Shown here: one piece after another, positions 12,931 through 26,200 of the stretch | How positions within the stretch are numbered: the first letter of the stretch is position 1 | How the letters are laid out: each line of letters starts with the position of its first letter | Assembly: GCF_021869535.1 (NCBI RefSeq) | Contig: NW_026262690.1 | Location: forward strand, 77,996,001 to 78,060,000 | Source of the DNA: Mytilus californianus | Taxonomy: Eukaryota | Direction of reading: 5' to 3' | Length of the DNA stretch: 64,000 nt | Notes under the pieces: model-generated | The model's database searches: none | What the model was told of the DNA's origin: nothing | The model's input: only the letters and a program-made list of their open reading frames with translations | Position numbers and translations under genes: made by a program

Positions 12931-14239
12931 TTTATGATCATTACAGTGTCTCAGTTTCTCAACTCACTAGTGATATTTTAACTTTTGTCATGAGTCCCAT
13001 TTATCCATTAATGTCCGTTTAGTAAGTTTATTAATATTGGAAATGTTTTAGGCTTTGGGACCAACTACTGCGTGTAATCGTGTTGCTGGGGATGAACGCA
13101 TTGCATGGAATGTTTTGAAATATCGTGTCGATACACCTGCATGGCCTCATTCCAAACCTTCAAATTGCTCCTATACATCATCCCTATACAAGTCATGTTA
13201 TTTCCGAGACATTGGCATCGTAAACAATGAACAACTTAGAACGAGTTGTTAGCCAAACGGCCGAAATATTGAATTCCATAGCCAATCAACTAGGAGAAGA
13301 ACGTCAGGTTAACTACTTATGAATTCAATACAGGACTATGTTAGAAAATTGGTAAAGCGCGATGGAAAAAATCAGATGACATAAAATGGACACTTAATGT
13401 GAATGGACCAACGCAGTTCTGTCATGTGTAAAGGCGCATAAGAAAAATACGACGTACCATGAGAATACGGGTTTCTAACTCATTCAAAAAGCCCGATGCT
13501 GTGGATGCTTTATACTCTTTTCACGACAAATATTTGCTGTTCCAGCAGACAAAGCGCCAAAAATATTGTTTTTAATGTATTAGCAAAGCTTAATATTGGG
13601 AAAAGTCTATACTGAAAAACCGTGAATTCACAGCAAATCTTGGAATCCCACAGATAATCCTACATCATTTTCGACTTTTGGGATTTTAGAAAAACACACA
13701 TTTGTCCTTCTCTCTTATGGTTATACTATTAAAATCGCTCGATTTGTATACTGATACCTGGAAATAAAAAAAAACCAACACTTTATATATTTCATGTGCT
13801 TTAGACGACAAAAATCCTTTAAAAGAACGACATTTAGCCGAGTCGTCTTGAAGTTCGACTAAACATCTTTTTAAAAAGTTTTTACTATCATTCTCACTAC
13901 AATAAAAGATGTCCTTCAGAACAATTGTGATGAGATACATTCAGCCAGTGGTGTCAATCTGATAATGTGAATTCTTAAAAACTCTTAAACTTTCAATCAC
14001 TATCTTTATCATTTTGCAGTAACGTTAAAACTTTTGATTTTTCAATCTACATTACTACAATTCACATGCTCAATTGAAAGATCGACTAGATCGTCGTATA
14101 AAACAAAAAAAAGGCAACAGTAGTATACCGCTGTTCAATAGTCATAAATCAAAGCCTTTACTGGTTAAATTGGTTTAAATCTGCTGAATTGTTTTAGGTC
14201 ACGAACAATCTTACTTGTGAAGAACCTCACTGATTCCAG

Positions 14240-14530
14240 CAACAAATACACCGTCATACCATAAAAATGCTGGACTTTTTGATCGACAACATATGTGTTG
14301 AGATTGGCGTATTTGTATTTCAACAGACAGTCGACATTCCAATGGATAGTGTGCTTCCCCACTGACCGACTTGTTTTTCATATAGGGCCTTCTTAAAGAC
14401 AAAAAGACAAAAAAAATCTTGCAAATATTTTAATTGCATTTTCAGTTATATCGATGGCCCGATCACTCAATTACCCATGTTTTAGTGAATTTTATGTGTG
14501 CTTGAATTCATATATTCAAGTGAAATAGAT
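14240..14530 (+). mobile_element. Degenerate Penelope-like RT fragment (middle motifs)
   Basis: IKMLDFLIDNICVEIGVFVFQQTVDIPM corresponds to the Penelope-type MLEFLIDNIFV.FG..VFQQ.VGIPMG motif, followed by a decayed F.YIDD-like region. Confidence 0.6.
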
Positions 14531-14714
14531 ATAGATAGGATACTATCGAAGTTCTGGTGCAGATTCAGGCCATCCAGCGCCTCTCTTACAATGGAAAAAA
14601 ATTATAAAAGTAAAATTAAAGCCATTTTGTGTCACAATAAGGTCCTCTAATTCCTATTCTGAAGAGCGCCCTTCCCCCTCAACATCAAATTGTTGATCCA
14701 CGCCTGGAAACTAG

Positions 14715-17382
14715 TAGATAATGATAATAATGGGCGATATCAATATTGATTTTACAGGGGGGTGCTTGAACAATAAATGGGGAAGTCTTTTACATACACA
14801 ATCTATTGTACAATTAATTGATACTCCTACCCGTATCACATCAACATCAAGTACAATCATTGATCATGTTTATACTAACCACCCTGAAAATATAGTTGAA
14901 ACAAATGTCCCCAAAATAGCCCTTAGTGATCACTATCCAGTATGCATTACGAGAAAAATAAACTAAAAAGATATCCCGAGCTTACAACATAAACAAATTC
15001 GGTATCGATGTTTCAAAAACTTGAATGAAAACATTTTTTGGAGGATTTAAATAAGACAAATTTTGCTCAACTAGAACAAATAAGTGACATTCAATCTGCC
15101 ACTGACATGTGGTATAAACTATTTCTGTCAGTTATTAACAGACATGCTCCTGTCAAAGTTAAAAGAATTAAACATATACGCCAACCAGATTGGCTTACAG
15201 ATGAGGTGAAAGTCGCTCAAAAGAAAAAAAAATATTATCAAAGCAAGAGGGACGTTATTGGCGCAACAAATGTACCAAATTAATAGAAAACTCTAAACAG
15301 TCCTATTTCAAGCAAGCAATAGAAAATAACAAAAAACCTAAAGAAATTTGGGCTTTACTTGAAGATTTAAAACCCAAAACACAAAATGAAATTCCATCTA
15401 CCATGAATTTTGACAATAAAGAATATGATAATATGCAAGATATAGTAAATCATTTCAACACACACTTTACAACAATAGGCGATATATATGTAACAAATAA
15501 CACGCAATTTCAAGAAAATAAATTAAATGATTATGTTCAAGATAAAATACCCGCTGGTGTTAAATTTAAGATTCCATTTATTAAGCTAGATGAAACTGAG
15601 AAATTACTTTCTAAACTAGAAACAACCAAAGCGACTGGACTTGATGAAGTTGGTCCGTTTTTCATCAAATTGTCATCGGATGCTTTAGCCCCAACGGTAT
15701 AACGTATTTAATAATTCTAAGTATACTAGAAGGTGTTTTCCCAGAAATTCTTAAATTAGCTAAAGTAAATCCAATATTTAAAAATGGTGATAAACACACG
15801 CCAGAAAACTACAGACCAATATCAATACTTCCTACTCTATCAAAAATACTTGAAAAACATGTCGCAAAACATTTTTATCTATATCTGTCAAAATATAAAG
15901 TATTACACGAGGCACAATCTGGATTCCGATCTAAACACTCATGTCGGACAGCCCTTACCAAATTAATTGATACCTGGATTAAATGTATTGATGATGGCAA
16001 TGTTGTAGGAACAATCTTTCTAGATTTAAAAAAAGCATTTGATCTGGTTAATCACGTCATTCTCTGCCATAAATTACATTTATACAAAGTCTCTGATCAT
16101 TCAATAAAATGTTTTGAGTCGTACCTGTCTAACAGAAAACAAAAAGTGTGCTCTGGTAATACAGTCTCAGATTCTAAATGTATCAAATATGGGGTTCCCC
16201 AAGGGTCTATTTTAGGTCCCCTTCTGTTTGTTTTATTCATAAATGACATGACTTTAGAAGCCACTCATACAGCCATTGATATGTATGCTGATGATACAAC
16301 ACTTCATACATATGGAACAAACAAGGAAGAGATAGAAAGAAAATTAAATTACGATGCCAACACCATACATAGTTGGTGTTCGAACAATAGGATGGTTATG
16401 AATCCTTTAAAAACTACTTCTATGTTGATTGGAACAAATAAGAAACGGACTTTGCTAGGAAATGATATGAATATATCAATGCAAGATAGCCCAATCACAC
16501 CCGTTGAAATACAGAAACTTTTGGGTGTATATATTGACAAAAATTTGGACTGGAAATTTCAAATGGACAATGCATGTAAAAACTTAAGTTCTCGTATCGC
16601 ACTGCTATCTAGAATTAAGAAATTTTCGGATATTAGTAGTAGAAAGCTGTATTATATATGTTTTGCTTATATTCTGCCCATATTTGATTTTTGTTGCTCA
16701 ATATGGGGAAATTGTTATGAAGATGGATATCACAAATTTCTTAAAATGCAGAAAAGAGCTGCAAGGATTATACTTGATGCACCAATACTAACACTTAGTA
16801 AAAATTTATTTAAAGAGCTAAAATGGTTAAATTTCAAATCTAGAATTTCATATCATAAACTTATTCTTGTTCATAAAATTCTCAACGATAAAGCACCTGA
16901 TTACTTAAAGGAACTCTGTTGTCCAATTGTTAACCTACATAGTAGAAATAGAAGGTCATCTGCAAATAATAATTTAGCTGTTGTGCGACCGAACACAAAT
17001 TCAATGAAGAAATCTTTCACATAGAGCTCCTCAATACTTTGGAATAAACTACCAATTGAAATAAAATGTTGTGAAATCCTGGACACTTTTAAACAAAAAT
17101 GTGTAGATTTCTTAACTGTAAATGATTTATAACAACACACTCATATATTCTAATGATTTTGTATTTTATGTATATATATATGAATTTAATTTTCTCTTGT
17201 TCTACAGACGACAATGTATAGTTAGCATGAATATTGCATCTACATAATATGTTCAAAATTGTAAGCTTTGTAATATTTGTACTTTTTGTTCTTATAGTGA
17301 GGGCCTCTAGGTAGATTAGTGAATGCTAATTGAGTCACCCTCTTTAAATAAAGTCATTACTAACTTACTTACTTACTTACTT
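14715..17382 (+). mobile_element. 5'-truncated CR1/L2-group non-LTR retrotransposon (APE C-terminus + RT + 3'UTR), inactivated
   Basis: Endonuclease motifs IIMGDINID, TPTRIT, IIDHVYTN, SDHYPV. RT motifs KATGLD, ENYRPISILPTLSKILEK, QSGFRSKHSC, FLDLKKAFDLVNH, GVPQGSILGPLLF, YADD (16284-16295). Premature stops at 14964-14966 and 17022-17024 plus frameshifts; natural stop likely 17130-17132. AATAAA at 17347-17352 and an (ACTT)5 tail at 17363-17382. Confidence 0.92.
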
Positions 17383-20300
17383 AGATCTGCTTCATATCTT
17401 GACATTTTCCTCGATATTGAACCATATTGACGACTTCAAATTAGAATTTATGACAAACGTGATGATTTCATTATTCCAATTTTTTGTCAACTTCCCATTT
17501 AGCGCATACAAATATCAGTTAATACGTTTCCCTCATGCAAGTTTGAACTATATGATGTTCATTAACAAGGGTGTGCTACTGACACAAACAAATGATCCAA
17601 CAAGTTATGAAGAAAAACTACTGAAATTGACAATACAAAAGCTTTACGTCACCATCACTACTAGAAATAAATGTCTGATCTAAAAATCTACCGATTCTGT
17701 CCTTATCCCGATTGTGACTTTTTGATTGAGTGTGGATTCGCATTGTGAGTGTAACATGTTTATCATTAGACGCATACCACGTCGACGCACCCGGTCTCAC
17801 AATCTCTGTAAACAATCTGTTGGAAATGAGTTTTATTAAATTTTCTGTTGTGAAATACATGTATTGAAAGATAGAACTAAATATATAGCGGGTTACTTTG
17901 TAAATGTGCCGAGTAGGTTAAAAATGAATACAATTTTGAAAATAGGAAATACACAAGTTCTTAGTCACCTCTCATGGTTTCTAAAAACATAATAATGTAA
18001 AACTCTTATAGAGTCAATCTGCTAGATTCACTTACTTCATAATATAGTAGAGGATACTATAATTAATCACATTACAATAACACTGCACTCTATTTAACAC
18101 TTGGTTGTTATGTACAAGAACAGAATCGAGTGCACTCAAGGCATAAATCATTAAAGTATGAACTTGTGTATTATCTTTTGAAAATTATACGTGATAATAT
18201 ATATATGTATCACCGTAGTACGAAGTTGTATAGTTTTATAAGTTAGATAATTTATACTAATCCTGTCATCTGTAATTATAATTATAATGTATTATGTATA
18301 ATTGATGCTCCTGTAGCGCAGTTACGGTGTCTGAGTTTATTTAATAAAATTCTAAAAGTTCTAAGTTCTCCGTTTTGGAGTTCATGCGATGCTCTCAGTT
18401 TTTATGCTTACATATACTTGTACCTTCTTAATGGAGTTATCGGTAAACTGTAGTATCCTTGAATATATTTGAAATTCATGCGATTCCCATTTTTTCACTA
18501 AATTTTTTTCTGTTTTATACTTTAACTTATTAGAATAACAGAACAACGGTGTACTACCTAAATTATGTTTTATCACAATATGAAGGAATCGGAATACTGT
18601 AGAGGCGAACTCAGTGCTTGGATAATGAGTTTGACGTTGTCAGTGCATTTAGAAACTCTACATATCCTGACCTTGCTTTACAAAAGAGGCGACACCTGCA
18701 AATTTAGATTACCTTAGTTCTATAAATGTTACTGTATATCGCATGGTCTGCCTAGGACTTCACAAGGGTTCTTTCAAAACCTTTGGTTTATATCTTGGAG
18801 ACAGCGGAAGAAGTAAAGCTAGTGTTTTGTGATGCAATCTACTTTGCAAGTTGCCTGTGATGGTATTTTAGAACTAAAATAAAGATGTATTTATATAGCG
18901 AAACAGGTTGACTTGGGTGATTTACATAGATACTTATCCCCCAATTGAAATCATGTTCCAGGGCGTTAGTTTCCTATCACGATTTCAAAAAGTACAGTTG
19001 AAATTTTTTCATCAAGATTTGGTTGTCTGGATAATCAGTGTCACAAATAACCACTGATATATGTCATAATTGTCGTAGTCACATTTTATACCTATTTTTA
19101 TTTATTAGGACATCACCGAATGCGACTGATCCCCGTTTTTTTAACTTTCCTTTGTGGTTTAGCGGATTTGTTAAAAAAATAAATATAAGTAGTATCTACA
19201 TAGGCCTTGTTTTTTTCAAGAGATATTTTCAGATGTTCGTTTATGTCAGTCTAATGAGAATATGTACCTGTTTTAACACAAATTGTGTTGAAACATGGTC
19301 AAACAAATTCAAATGTAGGTCATCACGCTGTTAGATCTGCATGTCTAGAAAGTTATAGTCACTCTATTTTCTTCTTCTTTCAGTGAAAAATTTCTTCAAG
19401 TATATTTCAATAAAAAAAGCAGCAACCATAAAAAGATGATTTTTTATGAAATTAAATGTAAATATTTGCCATGTTCTATTTTCGAAACTAAAAGTAACTT
19501 AAAGGATTGACTAATGAATTAACTGCATGATATATGTTGTATATGTATTTCAGTTTGCTATTCTTTAACATATTATTGAAACTATAGTATATAATATTTA
19601 TCATCTAAGTTATTTGAAATTCGCGCTTTTAAAAGAACTTTAAATAAGTTTTATTCCGCCCACATGCACATGACGTGTTTTTCCCCAGGATTATTGTAAA
19701 ACCATTGGAATCATTTAAGGCCATCTTAGATGTGTATGTAAGTGCGCTTTTCTGTCTTTGTTATTTATTATTGTGATAACACACAGGTACAATTTACATT
19801 TTTATTGCAAGATATAAATCATCCCAAGATGGCGATTTAAAGGGTATGGATTGATGTCGTCACCCTTCTTTCACACCAGTTATCACAACAAACCTCGGAT
19901 GGAAAAACTATTGTTTTAATTTTGGATAATGTAATTATCTGTGTCAATAATAATTTGTGATGTTAATTTATTGATGAAAAATATACGAAAACAGGAGAAG
20001 TAAATAAATCTTAAAGGTAACAAGTTTAACATGAATCATAATGATAGTCATATGATTTCAACCAAATGGTTATTTTTAAACTTTTATATTAATATATACA
20101 CAACCTAAAATAAATGTGTTTGTTTTTCTCCATTTTTGTGTGTGTAATATTATAATACTGAATTGGCAACTAGTAGAATTGTGATGTTTTCGCATGCATG
20201 CTATTTTTTTGTCACTTTTCTATATTGATATATGATCTCCTATGACCTCTTTGTTGTTATAAGGCAGTTTATTTTTGGGTGTTGACACCTACTTAAGCTT

Positions 20301-21092
20301 GTGCACTGTAAAAATTACAATTCGAAATTGATTCTCTCTATTTTTCTTGAGAGTAGATAAAAAGTTTTCAAATATACTAGGGTTACAATTTTTGTACACC
20401 AAATGCGCTTTTCGTCCAATTAAGACTCATCCGTGCACTCAAATCATTTAAAAGAGTTAGAAGAAAAAATCATTACGAAATTAAAGATCTTCGAAAACCA
20501 GAAATCACAAAAACGGTTGCGCCAAATCTGGCTTAGTCGTCTATCTATATCTGGGCTAGACAACCTGATCTTTTCGAATATACTACGCATTCGATACACA
20601 GTAAATTTACACAAAATTATTTAACCCTCGACATTTCTGCGCTATTACCGCGTTAGTGATACACCCAAGGCCGAATCGGTAACCACTATTGGCATCGAAA
20701 AAGTATATGCCGACACGCGTTTCGTGAAGAAGAACGTTAGTGTTTCGAATAATTAAAACATTTGATAAACAATGTAGATTAAATGAACAAATAAATGACA
20801 TTTCAAGTCAGCACGAATTGATTATTTGGCTCGTGATACTCTCGGGGACTAAACGTTTACCAGAAATGGTAAAGGAAATATATATATGTAAAAATAAATA
20901 ATCCTTCAAATTTGAAGCAAAATTATGATAGTTGGATGTAAGAGGGAGATATTAAACTATTTTGCAAAAAACGATATACCATACATGCAATGCACGTAAT
21001 GTATAAATGTAAAAGTATTTTCTAACGTATAGCAGTGATTAATTTGGCAATATAACCCAATAGTCTTTAAACTGTTTTTCAAATGTCTTTTC

Positions 21093-21327
21093 GGGCCTCG
21101 GTGGCCGTGTGGTCTAAGTAGACGAACTACTGTATCACTAGCCTGTCATTACCGAGCTTTGAGTTCTAATCCCGCTCGTTGCAGGTGCTCTCGACTGCGA
21201 TCCAAATGGACTAGTATTGTCAGTTTTCCTACCAAAGGTCGGTGGTTCTCTCCAAGCACTCCGGCTTCCCCCACCAATAAAACTTACCGACGCGATATAG
21301 CACAATAGTGCTGAAAGTGGCGTTAAC

Positions 21328-21365
<38 letters not shown>
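21093..21365 (+). mobile_element. tRNA-derived SINE with V-SINE-like central domain, (CAAT)9 tail and 14-bp target-site duplication
   Basis: A-box-like TGGCCGTGTGG (21100-21110) and B-box-like GAGTTCTAATCCC (~21161-21173). Core GGTTCTCTCCAAGCACTCCGGCTTCCCCCACC. Flanked by TCAAATGTCTTTTC (21079-21092) and TCAAATGTATTTTC (21365-21378), one mismatch. Confidence 0.85.
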
Positions 21366-21369
<4 letters not shown>

Positions 21370-21607
21370 TGTATTTTCCAAGAAACGTTTGTCATATTGT
21401 TTTTTAAATGAAGTTTTAGACAAGCGTTTCGAATTCAGTGCAACATATGGGATTTAGCAACTATTTCAATCTGAACCGCTTATGTAAAGATATACAGGCA
21501 GAAAAGTTAATGGCAAAAAATAAAAACAACTAGTTAAATAATTTCATGCGTATGTGTATTTCAAAGTGTTGTTGCCGATAGAAGGAAAACAATGCCATTC
21601 ATTTGCC

Positions 21608-22180
21608 TTATTAGTCCCCTACCGACGAAGTCGAAGGGGACTTTAGGTTTGCACTCCGTCTGTCTGTCCATCCGTCAGTCTGGCAAATCAGTTTTCCACA
21701 CTTTTTTTTCTTCGTGCTTGAAGATATTGATTTGATATTTGGTGTATTGTTTTATCATGACAATTTACAGATCAAGTTCGAATTATGTTCCGGTCTGATG
21801 ATTTTGTGCAGAGTTATGGTCCGTGGGGATAGAAAATTCACTCAATTAATCAGTTTTCCGCACTTTTTTTCGTCGTGCTTGAAGATATTGATTTCATAAT
21901 TGGTATATAGTTTTATCATGACAAGTTACAGATCAAGTTCGAATTTTGTTCCGGTCTGATGATTTTGTGCAGAGTAATAGTCATTGGACTTAGAAAATTC
22001 CTTAAATAATCAGTTTTCCACACCTTTTTCGTCATGCTTGAATATATTGACTTGATATTTGTTATATAGTTTAACTCCGTGACAAGATATAGATTAAGTT
22101 TGCATTTTGGTCCAGTACAATGAACTTTTAACCGGTAGGGGACTATGTATTGCCATGCAATACTCTCAGAATGCTTGTTT
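21608..22180 (+). mobile_element. HINE-like element with a ~161-bp internal tandem repeat
   Basis: Perfect 12-bp subterminal inverted repeats AGTCCCCTACCG (21613-21624) / CGGTAGGGGACT (22133-22144). GTCT/GTCC microsatellite. AATCAGTTTT anchors at 21686, 21848 and 22008. 3' hairpin GTATTGC-CAT-GCAATAC (22147-22163). Confidence 0.85.
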
Positions 22181-22479
22181 GATATGTAATTTAAACGTTT
22201 CAAGATCCATTATTACTGTATCAAGCTGCTGATAGATATAACGAAAGAATTATAGTCTGCTATGCAATGTTTGACAAAATGATACATACATTATAACAAA
22301 GGAGCTTGACACAAGTATAAGAATGTGTTAGTGAGTATTGAGATATCATCCAAAACAAAACGAAAAAAAAATTAAACAAACAACAAGACGAAAACAGAAC
22401 AAACACTACCATAAAAAAGATTGGAAAACATCATTAGTAAATCTAAACATCTGAAATTAAATTTAAAAAACGCAAATTG

Positions 22480-22650
22480 TGTGTGTGACTCCGATTTTGA
22501 TTGACAAGGATTGCCCAATTTTCTACTGAATGTCTGTGGTTTTCTCCGGGTACTTCGGCTTCCTCAATCAATAAAAACTGACCGCCATGATTTAGCTCAA
22601 TGTATCTTAAAGTGATATAAATACCAACAAACAAAACAAACAAAATAAAC
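22480..22650 (+). mobile_element. 3' fragment of the same SINE family as 21093-21365
   Basis: GGTTTTCTCCGGGTACTTCGGCTTCCTC...AATAAAAACTGACCGCCATGATTTAGC followed by an A/C-rich tail. Confidence 0.75.
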
Positions 22651-22693
22651 AACTTAAACTTTTTCATCATGTATTTTAGGTAATTTCATCTAG

Positions 22694-23234
22694 AATTTGT
22701 TGGATTTCTCAAGGAAACCTGAACATGAGAAAATGCCGCTTCCTATAACGTCTTCAGTGGACTATAGACTATTGGAGTGCAATACATATTTACCTATTTT
22801 GAACAAAATAATATTTGATGAGTTGACTGAGCTACTCAGGGAACTTTTACAGCATTCTATTGCCAATTCTAAAATAGAAGACTATTATCATGCAGTTAAA
22901 AGAAAGTTAAAGAGACGATTTACCCAAAGAGAAGAAGAACTCATATTCAATGCTTCAAGAACTGGATACCGACCTTTCGACATAACAGTCATAGCGGTAC
23001 TCCTTCGACATTTTTACGAGAAAAACAATGTTGAAACACATATAACATCACTGATCAGAATTAGAAACGAGTTATGTCATTTAAAAAATACAAATATAAC
23101 AGAATCACAGTTTGACATCTATTTTGGCGAGTGCTGTGACATAGCCTTTGCTTTGGAGGAATACCTGAAGAAACCGAAGTTTTTGGTGCAGAAATTCCAA
23201 ATTATATACGAAGTTAACACACGTTCCAAACAAG
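22694..23234 (+). CDS. HEPN_DZIP3-like domain exon of the HEPN-TIR gene
   Basis: Reads ...RPFDITVIAVLLRHF...ITSLIRIRNELCHLKNTNITESQFDIYF..., fitting the FDIT..LLR / IR.IRN.L.H / I....F pattern of DZIP3-like HEPN domains. R-N-E-L-C-H at 23063-23080. Donor G|GTAATA at 23235. Confidence 0.75.
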
Positions 23235-26200
23235 GTAATATTCATTATGGATGTTATTTTTAAAATATATATCACTCATGACTGCTGTGTGTATAATATT
23301 GCACAAATGCCTCAAGTACAACAGTAATGCTCCAAAATTGTTTATCCTGAACCGTTTTTTCCCTTTCATAAATTAAGCTATTAGGTTTTCCTTATATGTT
23401 AAACGAACTAAATGATTCATTAAATAATAGTCTTCTTATACTTTTTAACCGGATTTTCTTATTTAAAAGAAAAATCGGTTATTGATTTGGGGATGTACGG
23501 CGGGCGGGCGGGCGGCTGCCAAACAGTGTCCGTTCATTAACATGGAAACGCTTTGACGAAATCTTTTCAAATTTAGATATGTTGTTTCCTGTAACTAAAT
23601 AAAGATCAAGTTCAATTTTCACGATTTTAGCTGTTCTCGTTGTTGAGTTGTAGACCTTTCAGTAGCAAAAGTGATTCTAATTATGATTTTGAGTTATTTC
23701 CCTTTGAACAGAAATGGTGTAATTAATAAGTAATTTCTATGTCATTTGGTCTCTTGTTTATATTTTGAGTTATTTCCCCTTGAACAGAAATGGTGTAAAT
23801 TATAAGTTTATCAATGACTGTATCTGTTCAAATGATTTTAGTCAGGAGTTGTCAAAAACTTCTTTATAACTATTTTTTTTTTAAAGTTGTGTGTTTTGAA
23901 GGTAGATGTCACAGTTGTTCTGTGGTATTTTCTTTTTGTTGTGTGTGTTACTGTTTAATTAAGTTCTTTGACCACATTCATTTTGTGTCACAAACCTATG
24001 CTGTGTCGAATATTCAATCACAATCCAAATTCAGATCTGTTTTAAGCTTAAATGTTGTGTCCATACTTGCTCAACTGTAATCAGGGTTCGACCTCTGTAG
24101 GAAAATCCGGTTTGCTGTCATTTGACAGCTTCTTGTTTATATTTTAAAAAGGTTTTTGTACATCAGGGAAATCAGAGAAAGACCACTTATGATAAAAAAC
24201 GGGTTTTATTTGACTGCTGTGTTTTTTATTTGCAGATAGAAATGGCATACAAATAGAAACAATAAAACATTCATTGTTGGATCTCGAACTCGCAGTAAGT
24301 GTTGATGGTGATATCACAAAAGACAATATGATTTATAACTCAGTCAAGTTTAACTCAATACTGAAACGTTAGAAATGCGAGAACAGGAAATAATAAAAAA
24401 TGTTCAACATAATTTTGTTAGAAATTATAGATACATGTACAGAAAAGATAAACATTAGTACTTAAATATGTCGAAGAATGTACAGGTCAATAGATTGCTG
24501 ACATAATATAGATTTAAGTCTTTTTTCAAATTTCAGTGTGAAGGCATACATTGTTCAGAATGGGAGGAAAGACTTGAATTCTTGGAGGAAAATATAAGTC
24601 AGATAGACAGAGAAATAAATGAAAGCCATAGAAAACTGGTTTATTTGAAGAAATATGTACAGCAAGTAAGTTTAACATATAGAAGCATCACCATGCAAAT
24701 TAAAAAAAACATTATGAGAACCTACATAAAGAACTGAACGCAGATAACAGTTAATTAAAAGAGATGTGGTGTTTTGCGTAAATAAACAGCATCTAACGAT
24801 TGAAAACCTATTGATATTTAGATTTGTTTTCTTAAAAAAAAATAAACGAGATGTATATTCTATATGTCAAGCGATTAAACGCCAGATAAAAAATATCAAA
24901 GATCTCCCATCAATACTCAAAATGGATAAAAACATTAGGACATGAGATGAATAACGACTCACAATATTATTGACTTGTGCAAGGCATATGTATTTATTGG
25001 CGGGCTTCAACTAGTTTTTTTATAACTTAAGGTAGATAGGGTGTCTTCCTCCATCTTGGATTTTGAAATACCAGAAAACAGTCGGTCTAGATTTATAATA
25101 AAAGGTGCAAATTTTGAGAGTAGGTGGTAATTCATGTGTAAGAATATTCATTTCAATATAGAAAATGACATATTTTATCATATTTATGGTTGTATTTTAC
25201 AAAAAAACAGAATACTTTTGTTTGATTCTATTTTTTCCAACTTTGCCACATAAGGGGAGGCAACTCAAATGTAAGGGCAGATAATTCACATAATGTTACT
25301 TTTACAATAGAATGTGTTAGGAATTTACCTATTTTATTATGTAGCAAGAAAACGGGTCCGGTGACCCCATTTTTTCTTTTTCTTATATGAAAGCATACTA
25401 TTAACCCTATCTTCTCATATTTTATCTCAAAATTCTATGGTGTAGTTTTCATTTTATGGCAGAAAATTGGGTTTTCCATGCATAATCTATACAAAATCTG
25501 TCAATTTTGCACAACCTGTAGCGTGAAAATAAGGCCCGTGACCCATTCTTTTTATTATTTTTTTGAAAAAAGCATGATATAAACTACATTTTGGCAAATT
25601 ATCAAAAAATTCTATGGATTATAATTTAGACACCCCATCTACCTTAACCTTTTTTTCTCTTAATCTCGATAAAAAAAGAACATCAAATAAATACCAGTAC
25701 AGAATAAGTACTTACTCTTATATTACAATACAATAGATAACAAAAACCACAACTATTATACATACTACCTTATCAAAGAATGATCGCTCTTACAATCTCA
25801 AAAGAAATAAAATTGCCGATCATCGAAGTGTACCCATGCTAAATTTCGGTGAAATCATGCTGTTCTAAAATCTATCATCGAAGTGCACCCATGCAAAATT
25901 TTGGTAGAGTACTGGTTATTTCTAATAAATTTTTTGAAACAGTGAAAACATGTCTAAGAACATCAACGCAAAATTAAAGAAATCTTGATTCTGTCTCTGC
26001 CCAAAATTTGTTTATTTTTTTTTCAAACAAACGCATGAGGCCACGCCAAATTAATACCTCGTTCGTCGGATTTCCCGCGTGTTGTGAAAGGTCGATCAGA
26101 AAAAAGTACTTTTTTTAAGAACCCGCGTCCAGTACGGAGCCGCGCGCGTCCGCCTCTAAATTTATGAAGCAACAATTTTGATCAGTTGTGCGTTTGAAAG

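Noticed and set aside
21093-21180. tRNA gene
   Set aside because: A/B-box-like motifs are present, but I could not fold a full cloverleaf and the sequence continues into a SINE core, microsatellite tail and TSD.
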